From Bacteroidota bacterium (GTDB lineage Bacteria > Bacteroidota > Bacteroidia > Flavobacteriales_D > Crocinitomicaceae): DNA of 64,000 nucleotides. The notes beneath the pieces were generated by a model. That model worked only from the letters and a program-made list of their open reading frames with translations. It did not search any database and had not been told where the DNA came from. The position numbers and the translations under genes were made by a program. How positions within the stretch are numbered: position 1 is the stretch's first letter; every line of letters begins with the position of its first letter. Positions 55,071 through 64,000 of this stretch are shown one piece after another. The stretch lies in NCBI GenBank assembly GCA_039800565.1, contig JBDLQL010000008.1, forward strand, positions 32,013-96,012. The letters run 5' to 3'.

Positions 55071-55886
55071 ATGTCTGTTCATAGCAATGTAAAAAAAATC
55101 ACAACCCACACACTTCAAGAAATGAAGCATGCGGGTACCAAAATCTCAATGTTAACGGCCTACGATTATTCGATGGCGCGTATTGTCGATGAAGCGGGTA
55201 TTGATGTGATCTTGGTCGGCGATTCTGCTTCCAATGTCATGGCAGGTCATGAAACAACCTTGCCCATTACACTTGATCAAATGATTTACCATGCCTCTAG
55301 TGTGGTGCGTGCTGTTCAACGTTCATTGGTGGTCGTTGACATGCCTTTTGGTTCGTATCAAGGTAATTCGAAAGAAGCGTTATCGAGTGCCATTAAAATC
55401 ATGAAAGAATCAGGAGGGCACGCCGTTAAAATGGAAGGTGGGCATGAAATCATCGACTCCATACGACGCATTCTTACAGCTGGCATTCCGGTAATGGGGC
55501 ATCTTGGCCTGACGCCTCAATCAATTTATAAGTTCGGAACTTATGTCGTACGTGCCAAAGAGGAAGAAGAAGCACAACGCTTAATTGCCGATGCAAAAGC
55601 CCTTGAAGAAGTGGGCTGTTTTGCAATCGTACTCGAAAAAATCCCGGCCCAATTAGCAACACAAGTAGCCAAAATGGTCAGTATTCCGGTCATTGGCATT
55701 GGGGCTGGTAATGGTGTCGACGGCCAAGTGTTGGTCATTCACGATATGTTGGGCATCAACAACGAATTTAACCCCCGCTTTTTGCGCAAGTACAATAATT
55801 TGCATGCGCACATGTTAAAGGCCTTTCAGGATTACAAATCAGACGTTCAATCTGGAGATTTTCCGAACACCTCTGAACAATACTAA
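55071..55886 (+). CDS. panB: 3-methyl-2-oxobutanoate hydroxymethyltransferase
   Basis: 271 aa. [27 protein letters not shown] and GHLGLTPQS motifs. Confidence 0.95.
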   Translation: MSVHSNVKKITTHTLQEMKHAGTKISMLTAYDYSMARIVDEAGIDVILVGDSASNVMAGHETTLPITLDQMIYHASSVVRAVQRSLVVVDMPFGSYQGNSKEALSSAIKIMKESGGHAVKMEGGHEIIDSIRRILTAGIPVMGHLGLTPQSIYKFGTYVVRAKEEEEAQRLIADAKALEEVGCFAIVLEKIPAQLATQVAKMVSIPVIGIGAGNGVDGQVLVIHDMLGINNEFNPRFLRKYNNLHAHMLKAFQDYKSDVQSGDFPNTSEQY

Positions 55887-55888
55887 GC

Positions 55889-56932
55889 ATGCGCGTGCTT
55901 TTCTTTCTTGGTTTACTCGGCTTGCTGGGTTGTACCGTGCATCAAAAGCCGAAGCAAGAAACACATCTCAAAACTGTCTGCCGTTACAGTAAGTATTTGC
56001 ACATCTATCCGTTAAAAAAAGGGAGCTATCGCATTCAAATTACAGATCCTGACCAACAGCAAGCACTTTTTTCGCTTGATGTTACCACTGCGCAACATCG
56101 CATTGCAGTATTGAGTGCCACGCATGTCGGAATGCTTGCAGAACTCGGTGCACAACAAAAAGTCTGTGCCATTCCTGATCTCCGCTTTCTAGATGACCCT
56201 GACTTAAGAAAAGCGGTGGCACAAGGGAGTGTAGTTGATTTACAAAGTGATCAAAGTCTGTCCATTCGTAAGCTACTGAAGCAACACACCCAAGTACTTG
56301 TATACAGTGGCTTTGGTTCCGAAAAATCGCAGTTGAAACGCTTGCGTGCACTCGGCGTTAAGTGCATTCCCGATTACGAATGGCGCGAAACACATCCGCT
56401 GGCAAGAGCCGAATGGATCTTGTTATTTGGCGTTCTTACCGGCCAATTAAAACGCGCTCAGGCTGTTTTTGAGCACGTTTGTGCCAATTACAAGCGCATT
56501 CGGGAACAAGCCACTTTGTGCAATACCAATCCGCATGTCATCAGTGGTTACATCTACGGAGATCAATGGGTGGCACCTGCAGGCAATAGTTTTGAGGCCA
56601 AGTTATACAAGGATGTAGACATGACATACTATTTTGAAGAAAAAACAGGTACAGGAAGCTGTTTTTCGAGTATTTCTAGCATTTTGAACAAAAGTACTGA
56701 AGTTACTATCTGGCTCAATCCGGGTCAGTCGAGCCGTTCGGCCCTGTTGCAAAACTACCCGAAATACAAATTTTTCCCTTTTTTCAAAAAACGCATTTAC
56801 TGCTATACGCACCACACGAATTATTACTGGGAACGCGCAGCCGTCCATCCCGATTGGGTTTTGTCGGACCTTCGAAAAATCCGCGACCATCAAACTGATT
56901 CATTGTATTTTTACAAGGAATTGAAGCCATGA
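55889..56932 (+). CDS. ABC transporter periplasmic binding lipoprotein (BtuF/FecB-like, iron-complex or cobalamin type)
   Basis: 347 aa with lipobox LLGLLGC. A class III SBP is inferred mainly from its position in front of a FecCD permease and ATPase; my own motif support is weak. Confidence 0.65.
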   Translation: MRVLFFLGLLGLLGCTVHQKPKQETHLKTVCRYSKYLHIYPLKKGSYRIQITDPDQQQALFSLDVTTAQHRIAVLSATHVGMLAELGAQQKVCAIPDLRFLDDPDLRKAVAQGSVVDLQSDQSLSIRKLLKQHTQVLVYSGFGSEKSQLKRLRALGVKCIPDYEWRETHPLARAEWILLFGVLTGQLKRAQAVFEHVCANYKRIREQATLCNTNPHVISGYIYGDQWVAPAGNSFEAKLYKDVDMTYYFEEKTGTGSCFSSISSILNKSTEVTIWLNPGQSSRSALLQNYPKYKFFPFFKKRIYCYTHHTNYYWERAAVHPDWVLSDLRKIRDHQTDSLYFYKELKP

Positions 56933-57879
56933 ACTACAAAAATCGCCTCTTCGTTGGTCTTATTTCGGTAGTAATACTGAGTAGTTTGTTCCACCTGCAA
57001 CTTACCGAAATGGGCACAATAAATCGGGCACAGGCCGCTGTGTTCTGGTGGGAATTTCGCATCCCTCGTCTCGTGAGTGCGCTGATCGCCGGAGCAGGCT
57101 TGTCAGTGAGTGGCTTGCTCATGCAAAATTTATTTCGAAACCCAATGGCAGGCCCGTATGTATTGGGCATCAATTCAGGAGCGAGTTTAAGTACAGCACT
57201 GCTCGTTCTTGGTGGTTTTTCCTGGATGCATTCTACAATAGGACTTGTGGGCAGTGCATTAATCGGGGCGCTTATGGCCTCAATGCTCATGTTTGCTGTT
57301 TCGCTTCGTGTGAAACAAACAAGTAGTTTACTCATTGTAGGCCTCATGTTTGCAAGTTTTTGCGGCTCGATCGAATCGGTTCTGCAAAGTTGGGCTTCGC
57401 CAGAACAAGTCAAGCAGTTTTTTTTATGGAACATGGGTTCTTTGCAACAGCTCAATGCACAACAGCTACCTTGGTTTGCAAGTCTCTTTTTTGTTGCAAT
57501 AGCCTGGAGTTTTGGGCGCGTCAACGCGTTAAATGCATTTGTATTAGGACAAGAGCAAGCCTTCCAATTGGGCGTGCGTGTGAAAGCACTGCGCATTTCG
57601 ATGTTGGCAATTACCGCAGTATTGGCTGGTAGCATCACTGCATTTTGTGGACCCATTGCATTTGTTGGTTTGGCCATTCCAAATGTGGGTCGTCAGCTTT
57701 TACGCACGCAAGATCATTTACAATTATTGCTGTTTTGTCTGCTTTTTGGAGCCTTCTTTTTAGTCAGTTGCGATGTGCTTTCGTTACTGCTTGAACCTTA
57801 TTTCAGTTTGCCAATCAATGTCCTAACTTCTTTGATTGGTGCGCCTTACATTGCTTATTTAGTTCTTCGACGCGCATGA
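56929..57879 (+). CDS. FecCD/BtuC-family ABC permease
   Basis: 316 aa with about 9 TM helices. RIPRLVSALIAGAGLSVSGLLMQNLFRNPMAGPYVLGINSGASL is typical of FecCD. Confidence 0.9.
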   Translation: MNYKNRLFVGLISVVILSSLFHLQLTEMGTINRAQAAVFWWEFRIPRLVSALIAGAGLSVSGLLMQNLFRNPMAGPYVLGINSGASLSTALLVLGGFSWMHSTIGLVGSALIGALMASMLMFAVSLRVKQTSSLLIVGLMFASFCGSIESVLQSWASPEQVKQFFLWNMGSLQQLNAQQLPWFASLFFVAIAWSFGRVNALNAFVLGQEQAFQLGVRVKALRISMLAITAVLAGSITAFCGPIAFVGLAIPNVGRQLLRTQDHLQLLLFCLLFGAFFLVSCDVLSLLLEPYFSLPINVLTSLIGAPYIAYLVLRRA

Positions 57880-58583
57880 TTCGGATTCAGAATGCTCATT
57901 TTGGTTACGACAAACCTCTGATACACGTCAGCAATCTGATTTTAGAGGCAGGAAAGGTATATGCCTTAGTAGGACTTAATGGTTCTGGAAAATCGACCCT
58001 GCTTAAAACGTTGTCAGGTCAACTTGCCTTATTAGAAGGTGAGGTATGGTTGGCAGAGCACTCTTTAAGGTTGCTAAACGCGCAGGCGGACTTAAGAGCC
58101 AAACAACTTGCTTTTGTAAGTAGTCGTTTTGAGGGTGTCGATCAATTATCAGTGTTCGATTACATCGGATTAGGGCGCAGCCCTTATTTAGGCGCTTTTG
58201 GTCGGCTTCATGCTTCCGACAAGCATAAAATTGAGGCGCTTATTGAGCACCTGAAACTTTCCCATTTAAAACTGAAACGTACAAAGGAAATTAGTGATGG
58301 CGAGCGCCAATTGGTTAGTTTGGCGCGGGCATTTGTACAAGATACACCGGTCTTGATTCTTGATGAGCCGGCAAGTTTCCTTGATTTTTTAAATCGAGAA
58401 AAGGTGTTAGATGCTTTGTTAGATTGGGTAAAAGACCAGCAAAAATGCGTATTATTTTCGAGTCATGATTTGGATTTATGCCTCGAAAAACAGGTTCCAA
58501 TTCTTACAATTGCAAATGGACAAATGAACCGATGGCAAGGGGATTCCAAAAAAGAACTGATCGAACTGCTTACCGCTCAATAA
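57876..58583 (+). CDS. ABC transporter ATP-binding protein
   Basis: 235 aa. Walker A GLNGSGKST, signature ISDGERQ and Walker B LILDEP. Confidence 0.9.
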   Translation: MIRIQNAHFGYDKPLIHVSNLILEAGKVYALVGLNGSGKSTLLKTLSGQLALLEGEVWLAEHSLRLLNAQADLRAKQLAFVSSRFEGVDQLSVFDYIGLGRSPYLGAFGRLHASDKHKIEALIEHLKLSHLKLKRTKEISDGERQLVSLARAFVQDTPVLILDEPASFLDFLNREKVLDALLDWVKDQQKCVLFSSHDLDLCLEKQVPILTIANGQMNRWQGDSKKELIELLTAQ

Positions 58584-58587
58584 CCTC

Positions 58588-59151
58588 TTAAACGGTCATG
58601 ATGTCTTTTTCCTTGAGCTCGAGTAAGTCGTCGACTTTCTTGATATACGCGTTGGTGATTTTTTGAACCTCTTCTTCGGCATCCTTTACCATATCTTCCG
58701 ACAAACCTTCGTTTTTGAGGTCCTTGACCATATCAATGGCATCTTTACGATTGTTGCGAATCCCCACCTTTGCGTGTTCTGCTTCTGCTTTGGCACGCTT
58801 CACGAGGTCACGGCGGCGTTCTTCAGTTAAGGGTGGAACCGCAATTATAAGTTGTTCGCCATTATTTTGTGGATTAAGGCCGAGATTGGCATTGATGATT
58901 CCGCGTGCGATGTCATTGAGCATCGTTTTTTCCCAAGGTTGAACCAAAATGGTGCGGGCATCGCTGGTATTGACATTGGCCACTTGCTGCAATGGAGTCA
59001 TGGAACCATAGTATTCGACCATTACGCCATTCAGCATGGCGGGACTGGCTTTTCCTGCACGAATTTTAATAAGTTCGTTTTCGAGGTGGTTGAGTGTTTT
59101 TTGGTTCGACTCTTTGAATTCGTCGTAAATTAAGGATAATTCTTCGGTCAT
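58588..59151 (-). CDS. frr: Ribosome recycling factor
   Basis: 187 aa. IRAGKASPAML...VPPLTEERRRDLVK. Confidence 0.97.
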   Translation of the reverse strand: MTEELSLIYDEFKESNQKTLNHLENELIKIRAGKASPAMLNGVMVEYYGSMTPLQQVANVNTSDARTILVQPWEKTMLNDIARGIINANLGLNPQNNGEQLIIAVPPLTEERRRDLVKRAKAEAEHAKVGIRNNRKDAIDMVKDLKNEGLSEDMVKDAEEEVQKITNAYIKKVDDLLELKEKDIMTV

Positions 59152-59154
59152 GGC

Positions 59155-59859
59155 TTAGCAAACTAGGGTTCCGACAGCAGCACCTTCGAGCAATTTTTTC
59201 AAGTTGCCCGGAGTGTCCATGTCAAATACGATGATAGGTAAGTTATTTTCTTTACATAGGGTGAAGGCGGTCATGTCCATGACATTTAGACCTCTTGCAT
59301 AAACTTCATCAAAACTGATGCGCTCAAATTTTGTAGCAGTTGGGTCTTTGAGCGGATCGGCGGTGTAAATGCCGTCAACGCGAGTACCTTTTAGGATGAC
59401 ATCGGCGTTGATTTCGATGGCACGTAACGAAGCAGCAGAATCTGTGGTGAAGAAAGGGTTGCCGGTTCCGGCCCCAAAAATAACAATACGTCCTTTTTCT
59501 AGATGACGCACAGCTCTGCGTCGCACAAACGGTTCTGCAATTTCTTTCATTTCGATGGCTGATTGCAAGCGCGAGTTGATTCCGGCCGATTCAAGTGCTG
59601 CTTGTAAGGCCATGGAGTTGATCATGGTGGCAAGCATGCCCATGTAATCGCCGTGGGTGCGGTCCATGCCGCCTTCTTCGGCTTGTACGCCTCTAAAAAT
59701 ATTACCCCCACCAATTACAATGGCAATTTCGACACCTTGTTGGTGAATTTCTTTGATTTGTTCGGCATAAGCGGCAAGGCGTTGATTATCGATACCAAAT
59801 TGCTTATTTCCCATGAGGGATTCGCCGGAAAGTTTTAAAAGGATGCGTTTGTATTTCAT
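59155..59859 (-). CDS. pyrH: UMP kinase
   Basis: [13 protein letters not shown]... and GGGNIFRG. The track start TTG 59871 is rejected because it is part of the TATATTTG -7 box. Confidence 0.97.
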   Translation of the reverse strand: MKYKRILLKLSGESLMGNKQFGIDNQRLAAYAEQIKEIHQQGVEIAIVIGGGNIFRGVQAEEGGMDRTHGDYMGMLATMINSMALQAALESAGINSRLQSAIEMKEIAEPFVRRRAVRHLEKGRIVIFGAGTGNPFFTTDSAASLRAIEINADVILKGTRVDGIYTADPLKDPTATKFERISFDEVYARGLNVMDMTAFTLCKENNLPIIVFDMDTPGNLKKLLEGAAVGTLVC

Positions 59860-59868
59860 ATGCAAGAA

Positions 59869-59876
59869 CAAATATA
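59869..59876 (-). promoter_or_regulatory. -7 box TATATTTG for pyrH-frr (very short leader)
   Basis: The plus strand reads caaatata. The motif G is 10 nt before ATG 59859. Confidence 0.45.
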
Positions 59877-59907
59877 GTATGAATCGGGCTAGGGTGGAGA
59901 TGAGGGC

Positions 59908-59935
59908 AAAAAAAAAGCTACCGAATTCGATAGCT
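59908..59935 (-). terminator. Rho-independent terminator after tsf
   Basis: Minus-strand RNA: AGCUAUCG-AAUU-CGGUAGCU (one mismatch) followed by U9, 22 nt after the tsf stop. Confidence 0.8.
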
Positions 59936-59957
59936 TTTTAAAGAGTAATGTGTGTTC

Positions 59958-60788
59958 TTAGCTTAAAGAAAAACGCTTGAAATCGGTTACTGTAAGACCT
60001 TTTTCAGTGCTGTTTAAGAATTGTTCAACTGTAACTTTGTTATCGCGAACAAATGCTTGACTTAAAAGTGTGTTTTCTTGGAAGAATTTGTTTAAGCGTC
60101 CGAGGGCAATTTTTTCGGCCATGTCTGCTGGTTTTCCTTCTTGGATCGCCAATTCTTTGCCAATTTCGATTTCGCGCTCGATTGTGCGTTGGTCAACGCC
60201 ATCTTTGTCGATAGCGATTGGAGACATTGCAGCTACTTGCATCGCAACTTGACGTCCGGCATCAGCAACAGCCTCACCACCTTTGTTTAAACCAACTAAG
60301 GTTGCTAATTGGTTACCAGGGTGATTGTACGCCACCACATTGTCGGCACGAACAACTGCAAATGCAGATAAGTCTAATTTTTCGCCGATCACACCAATTT
60401 GCTCGGTGATTTTTTCGTCGACAGTTAAGCGTGCATCGTATGGAAGTGCTTTTAATGCGTCAGCTGATTCTGGAAGATTTGCTAATGCGATGTCTACTAA
60501 TGACTGAACCAATGAAACATACCCGTCATTTTTTGCAACGAAGTCAGTTTCACAGTTAAGCGTAAGGATGACACCTGCTGTACCGTCTGCAGTAGCTTGT
60601 GCAAGAATCACACCTTCTTTGGCGTCATTCCCACCACGTTTTGCAGCGATTTTTTGTCCTTTTTTACGTAAGATATCGATTGCTGCTTCAAAATCGCCAT
60701 TGGCTTCAACCAATGCGTTTTTGCAGTCCATCATACCTGCACCAGTTTGCTGGCGCAATTTGTTTACATCTGAAGCTGTAATAGCCAT
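59958..60788 (-). CDS. tsf: Translation elongation factor Ts
   Basis: 276 aa. LRQQTGAGMMDCKNALVEANGDFEAAIDILRKKG. Confidence 0.97.
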   Translation of the reverse strand: MAITASDVNKLRQQTGAGMMDCKNALVEANGDFEAAIDILRKKGQKIAAKRGGNDAKEGVILAQATADGTAGVILTLNCETDFVAKNDGYVSLVQSLVDIALANLPESADALKALPYDARLTVDEKITEQIGVIGEKLDLSAFAVVRADNVVAYNHPGNQLATLVGLNKGGEAVADAGRQVAMQVAAMSPIAIDKDGVDQRTIEREIEIGKELAIQEGKPADMAEKIALGRLNKFFQENTLLSQAFVRDNKVTVEQFLNSTEKGLTVTDFKRFSLS

Positions 60789-60815
60789 GATACTTTAATT
60801 TGTTTGTTCGATTAA

Positions 60816-61586
60816 TTATTCTGCGCTTTCTGCTGTAGCCTCTGTTGTCGCTTCTGAAGTAGCTTCAGTTGCTTCGTCTTTGTCAGAAGCTTTCATGTTT
60901 TTGCGCTCTTCTAAACCTTCACGAATGGCATCGCAAATGGCGTCAATGATCAAGGTAATTGATTTTGTCGCGTCATCGTTTGCAGGGATCGGGAAGTCAA
61001 CCAATTTCGGGTTAGAGTTGGTGTCTACCATTGCAAATGTCGGAACATTCAATCGACGAGCTTCAGCTAAAGCAATGTGTTCTTTCAAGATGTCAACGAT
61101 GAAAATTGCAGCTGGTTGACGCGTCATGTCAGCGATTGAACCAAATGTTTTTTCAAGTTTCTCGCGTTGACGAGTCTTGAATAATTTTTCACGCTTGTTG
61201 AGTGTGTCCCATGTGCCATCAGACTTCATTTTGTCGATGAGGGCCATTTTGCGGATTGATTTACGTGTCGTTTGGAAGTTGGTTAACATACCACCTGACC
61301 AACGCTCAGTAACGAAAGGCATGTTTACTTTTGCAACGCGCTCAGCAACGATTTCTTTTGCTTGTTTTTTCGTAGCAACGAAAAGAACTTTTTTACCAGA
61401 TTTGGCAATTTGTTTCATGGCTGCACAAGCATGGTCTAAATGAACCAAAGTCTTGTTTAGGTCAATGATGTGGATTCCTTTCTTCTCTTCGAAGATGTAT
61501 GGAGCCATTGCTGGGTTCCATTTGCGTTTGAGGTGTCCGAAGTGAACACCAGCTTCTAATAAAGCTTCAAAAGTTAATTTAGACAT
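60816..61586 (-). CDS. rpsB: 30S ribosomal protein S2
   Basis: 256 aa. LLEAGVHFGHLKRKWNP, with an acidic C-terminal tail. Confidence 0.97.
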   Translation of the reverse strand: MSKLTFEALLEAGVHFGHLKRKWNPAMAPYIFEEKKGIHIIDLNKTLVHLDHACAAMKQIAKSGKKVLFVATKKQAKEIVAERVAKVNMPFVTERWSGGMLTNFQTTRKSIRKMALIDKMKSDGTWDTLNKREKLFKTRQREKLEKTFGSIADMTRQPAAIFIVDILKEHIALAEARRLNVPTFAMVDTNSNPKLVDFPIPANDDATKSITLIIDAICDAIREGLEERKNMKASDKDEATEATSEATTEATAESAE

Positions 61587-61624
61587 ATATTGTTTTGTTT
61601 ACGTTCCGAAATAAGTTCAAGCAA

Positions 61625-61680
61625 CGCCAGAGGGACAGCAAGCTGTAGGTACTTTGGCGCTTGGATGCTAAACATCCAAG
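61625..61680 (-). other. Two adjacent stem-loops in the rpsI-rpsB spacer (U-tract-less terminator and/or rpsB leader structure)
   Basis: Minus-strand RNA. The first is CUUGGAUG-uuuag-CAUCCAAG (61680..61660), beginning 9 nt after the rpsI stop. It is followed directly by CGCCAAA...UCUGGCG (61659..61625), which encloses ACAGC/GCUGU. Confidence 0.45.
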
Positions 61681-61688
61681 AAACGGTA

Positions 61689-62075
61689 TTAACGTTTCGA
61701 GAATTGGAATTTCTTTCTTGCTTTTGGTTGACCTGGTTTTTTACGCTCGACCATACGTGGGTCGCGGGTCATGAGGCCTTCAGTTTTCAAAAGCGGTTTG
61801 TAGTCAGCTGAAACTTCGACAAGGGCACGTGAAATGCCTAAACGAACGGCTTCTGCTTGACCGTTGATACCTCCACCAACAACGTTTACTTTTACATCGT
61901 ATTGACCTTCTGTTCCGGTCAATGCAAATGGTTGGTGTACTTTCGCTTGAAGAAAATCAATCGGGAAAAATTCTGTCATTTCACGTTTGTTGATAGAAAT
62001 GTTTCCTTTTCCTTTTGAAAGGTATACGCGGGCTACCGCTGTCTTTCTTCTTCCGAGTGCATTAATGATTTCCAT
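61689..62075 (-). CDS. rpsI: 30S ribosomal protein S9
   Basis: 128 aa. GRRKTAVARV...GGG.NGQAEA...ends KKFQFSKR. Confidence 0.97.
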   Translation of the reverse strand: MEIINALGRRKTAVARVYLSKGKGNISINKREMTEFFPIDFLQAKVHQPFALTGTEGQYDVKVNVVGGGINGQAEAVRLGISRALVEVSADYKPLLKTEGLMTRDPRMVERKKPGQPKARKKFQFSKR

Positions 62076-62080
62076 ACTTC

Positions 62081-62536
62081 TTATTTGAGGGTATCAAGGT
62101 TCAATGATTGTGGGTTTTGAGCTTCGTGCTTGTGAGCTGCTCCTTTATAGACTTTCAAATTGGTGTACAATTTGCGTCCGAGTGTGTTTTTAGGCAACAT
62201 TCCTTTAACTGCTTTTTCGATCAAGCGCTCAGGATGATTTTTGAGCATGTCTTCGGCAGAAGTGAAACGTTGACCACCTGGGTAACCAGAGAAACGGACG
62301 TAATCTTTGTCTTGTAATTTTGTACCTGAGAAGGCAATTTTTTCAGCGTTGATAACGATCACATTATCACCACAATCAGCATGCGGTGTGTAACAGGTTT
62401 TGTACTTTCCACGGATGATTTTAGCGACTTTGCTCGCCAAACGACCCACGGTTTGACCTTCAGCATCTACCACATACCACTTTTTGTCTGCGGTTTCGGT
62501 ATTGCCAGCTAACGTTCTGTAACTTAATGTGTTCAC
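62081..62536 (-). CDS. rplM: 50S ribosomal protein L13
   Basis: 151 aa, GTG start. [17 protein letters not shown] and YTPHADCGD. Confidence 0.97.
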   Translation of the reverse strand: MNTLSYRTLAGNTETADKKWYVVDAEGQTVGRLASKVAKIIRGKYKTCYTPHADCGDNVIVINAEKIAFSGTKLQDKDYVRFSGYPGGQRFTSAEDMLKNHPERLIEKAVKGMLPKNTLGRKLYTNLKVYKGAAHKHEAQNPQSLNLDTLK

Positions 62537-62584
62537 GGTTCTTTTTGTTAAATAAAAAACTTAAATTCCCTAAAATTAGGGGTG

Positions 62585-62592
62585 CAAAGATA
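62585..62592 (-). promoter_or_regulatory. -7 box TATCTTTG for rplM-rpsI
   Basis: The plus strand reads caaagata, about 49 nt upstream of GTG 62536. Confidence 0.45.
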
Positions 62593-62637
62593 CAACTCTT
62601 ATATTTAAATGCAAACGAAAAAGCGAAAAAAACAAAG

Positions 62638-63411
62638 TTATTTTGCCTTAAATCGCGAAATCGCATTTCGAGTGAAGTCACTCAAGACCAAACGGCCTGA
62701 AATTCCGGCACGTTCAATTAGCAACTGATCCCAGTGTTCGGTGCCTTCCCAAAAGATGCGTTTTAGCTCGGCCATTGCTTCCGGATTCGAAGCGGCCAAT
62801 TGCGTGCTTAATTGTGCAATGGCGGCATCCATTTCTTCAATGCTTGAATAGATTTCGGTGTACAAACCTTTTTCTTTTGCCCACTGTGCACTGCGCCATT
62901 CGGTCGCGTTAATAGCTAATTCACTCATGGCAGCACGCCCGACTTTACGTTCAACAGCCGGCCCAACCACGAAAGGTCCTATCCCGACGGCAAGTTCGGA
63001 TAACTTCACTTCGGCACGGTCAGTAGCAAAGCAATAATCTACTGCTGATGCCAAACCAACGCCACCGCCGACGGCTTTCCCTTGCACACGGCCAATGATG
63101 AGTTTGTTCGATTTGCGACACGCGTTGATTACATGAGCAAAACCTGAAAAGAAGTGCAAGCCCGTTTCAAGGTCTTCGATGGTCAGGAGTTCGTCAAAGC
63201 TTGCACCCGCACAAAATGCTTTCTCTCCGGTCGATTGAATGAGAAGCACGTGAACAGATGGGTCTTGGCTAAGTTTGGTGATGGTCTCCGCTAAGGCACG
63301 CAATAGCTTGCCCGGGAGCGAATTGCTCATGGGGTGGCTAAAGGTGATGGTGCCGAGTCCGGTTGCTGAAATGTGGGCTTCTACAAAGCCAAGTTCGCTG
63401 GGGTGTGTCAT
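62638..63411 (-). CDS. Enoyl-CoA hydratase/isomerase (crotonase) family protein
   Basis: 257 aa. AFCAGASFDEL oxyanion-hole region and GKAVGGGVGLASAVDYCFA. Confidence 0.85.
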   Translation of the reverse strand: MTHPSELGFVEAHISATGLGTITFSHPMSNSLPGKLLRALAETITKLSQDPSVHVLLIQSTGEKAFCAGASFDELLTIEDLETGLHFFSGFAHVINACRKSNKLIIGRVQGKAVGGGVGLASAVDYCFATDRAEVKLSELAVGIGPFVVGPAVERKVGRAAMSELAINATEWRSAQWAKEKGLYTEIYSSIEEMDAAIAQLSTQLAASNPEAMAELKRIFWEGTEHWDQLLIERAGISGRLVLSDFTRNAISRFKAK

Positions 63412-64000
63412 TATTTTAAGTTAAAACTGTCTGTACCGATGAGTTGACCGTCGCAATAAATACGCACTTTGTAGGTGCCTCGGGCGGCTTCCTCGCCTTT
63501 CATTTCGTAATAAATGGTGAGGTCAACAGCTTGGTTTTGGTAATCGATGTCTTTGCGTTGCGAATAGGCAATGCTACCACCATCTGTTTCAAGCACATAG
63601 TTGCTACTTGCTTGCAGTGTTTGCCCATCAGGGCCAATCAGTTGCATGTAGACGGTCTTTTTGCCACTGGTCGCTAAAACATTTTCAGATAATGTAAAAC
63701 TAGAGCGCAATTGAACCGCATTTTTGGCGCGGTCAGTTACTTCCATTAAGTTGTTCACTTTTTGTCGGAGGGCTTCTGAACGGAATCCGTAGGCTTGTAA
63801 CTTACTTCCTTTTTTAACTTGGCTTTGCGATTCTTCTGCTTGGCGTCGGAATTCATCGCGTTCGGTTGCAGTGGTACTTAAACGAGCGCTTGTTTCTTCT
63901 AGGCGACTTCCAAGATCGATATTGAGCGTATTTAGCGAATCGATTGTGCGTGCCCATCCGCGCATAATGCTGCGCAAGGTTTCATTTTCTTTGCGTGCCT
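63411..64000 (-). CDS. Hypothetical coiled-coil + beta-domain protein, partial (N-terminus beyond window)
   Basis: The track calls a TTG start near 63977, but the frame stays open to the window edge (...ARKENETLRSIMRGW...), so the gene probably continues. No recognisable domain. Confidence 0.5.
   Translation of the reverse strand, partial: ARKENETLRSIMRGWARTIDSLNTLNIDLGSRLEETSARLSTTATERDEFRRQAEESQSQVKKGSKLQAYGFRSEALRQKVNNLMEVTDRAKNAVQLRSSFTLSENVLATSGKKTVYMQLIGPDGQTLQASSNYVLETDGGSIAYSQRKDIDYQNQAVDLTIYYEMKGEEAARGTYKVRIYCDGQLIGTDSFNLK

Noticed and set aside
55887-55888. Cobalamin riboswitch or Fur-type box upstream of the BtuF/FecB-like transporter
   Set aside because: The spacer to panB is 2 nt, so there is no room. 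The coding sequence of panB is intact and conserved up to its stop.
56934-57677. 247-aa minus-strand ORF
   Set aside because: It is antisense to the FecCD permease, whose TM-helix pattern and family motifs are clear. The antisense product has no motifs and a composition typical of a shadow ORF.
62537-62637. Ribosomal protein L13 leader structure upstream of rplM
   Set aside because: The only pairing I found (CCCTAA/TTAGGG) would leave a 2-nt loop, or shrink to a 4-bp stem. That is too weak to report as a structured leader without covariation data.

Overview
This is a 64-kb chromosomal segment from a Bacteroidota bacterium, probably Flavobacteriia-like. The phylum call rests on gldF/gldG, T9SS type A and type B C-terminal sorting domains, a GLPGLI protein, SprB and PKD repeat proteins, the lack of Shine-Dalgarno sequences, and about 16 correctly oriented TAnnTTTG -7 promoter boxes in the short intergenic spacers. 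I count about 64 protein genes (2 run off the window) and one tRNA-Phe. I recognise no rRNA, CRISPR array, transposase, integrase, phage gene or defence gene. Most of the window is tightly packed housekeeping. This includes rplM-rpsI-rpsB-tsf-pyrH-frr, rny/zapA, ruvB, ruvX, def, aroA plus a DAHP synthase-chorismate mutase fusion, purD/purQ/purC, panB, metF, queG, coaX, lspA, rfbA and tsaB. Between these sit cell-surface genes: carboxypeptidase-regulatory-domain beta-barrels, PafA- and PhoD-type phosphatases, and T9SS cargo. I did not find a convincing self-contained novel multi-gene system. The best leads follow. (1) A secreted protein carries a metazoan-type von Willebrand D assembly with a GDPH autocleavage motif and a proline-rich tail, and lies downstream of one of two kinase-less divergent response regulators. 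(2) An apparent gldF-gldG-DUF4340-LtaS/EptA-like transferase operon. (3) Several -7 boxes sit 4-6 nt from start codons, which implies leaderless mRNAs and revises several ORF-track starts. (4) Convergent genes repeatedly overlap at their stop codons. (5) There are structured spacers upstream of a response regulator and between rpsI and rpsB. All product calls come from reading motifs in the translated ORFs. No database search was run.
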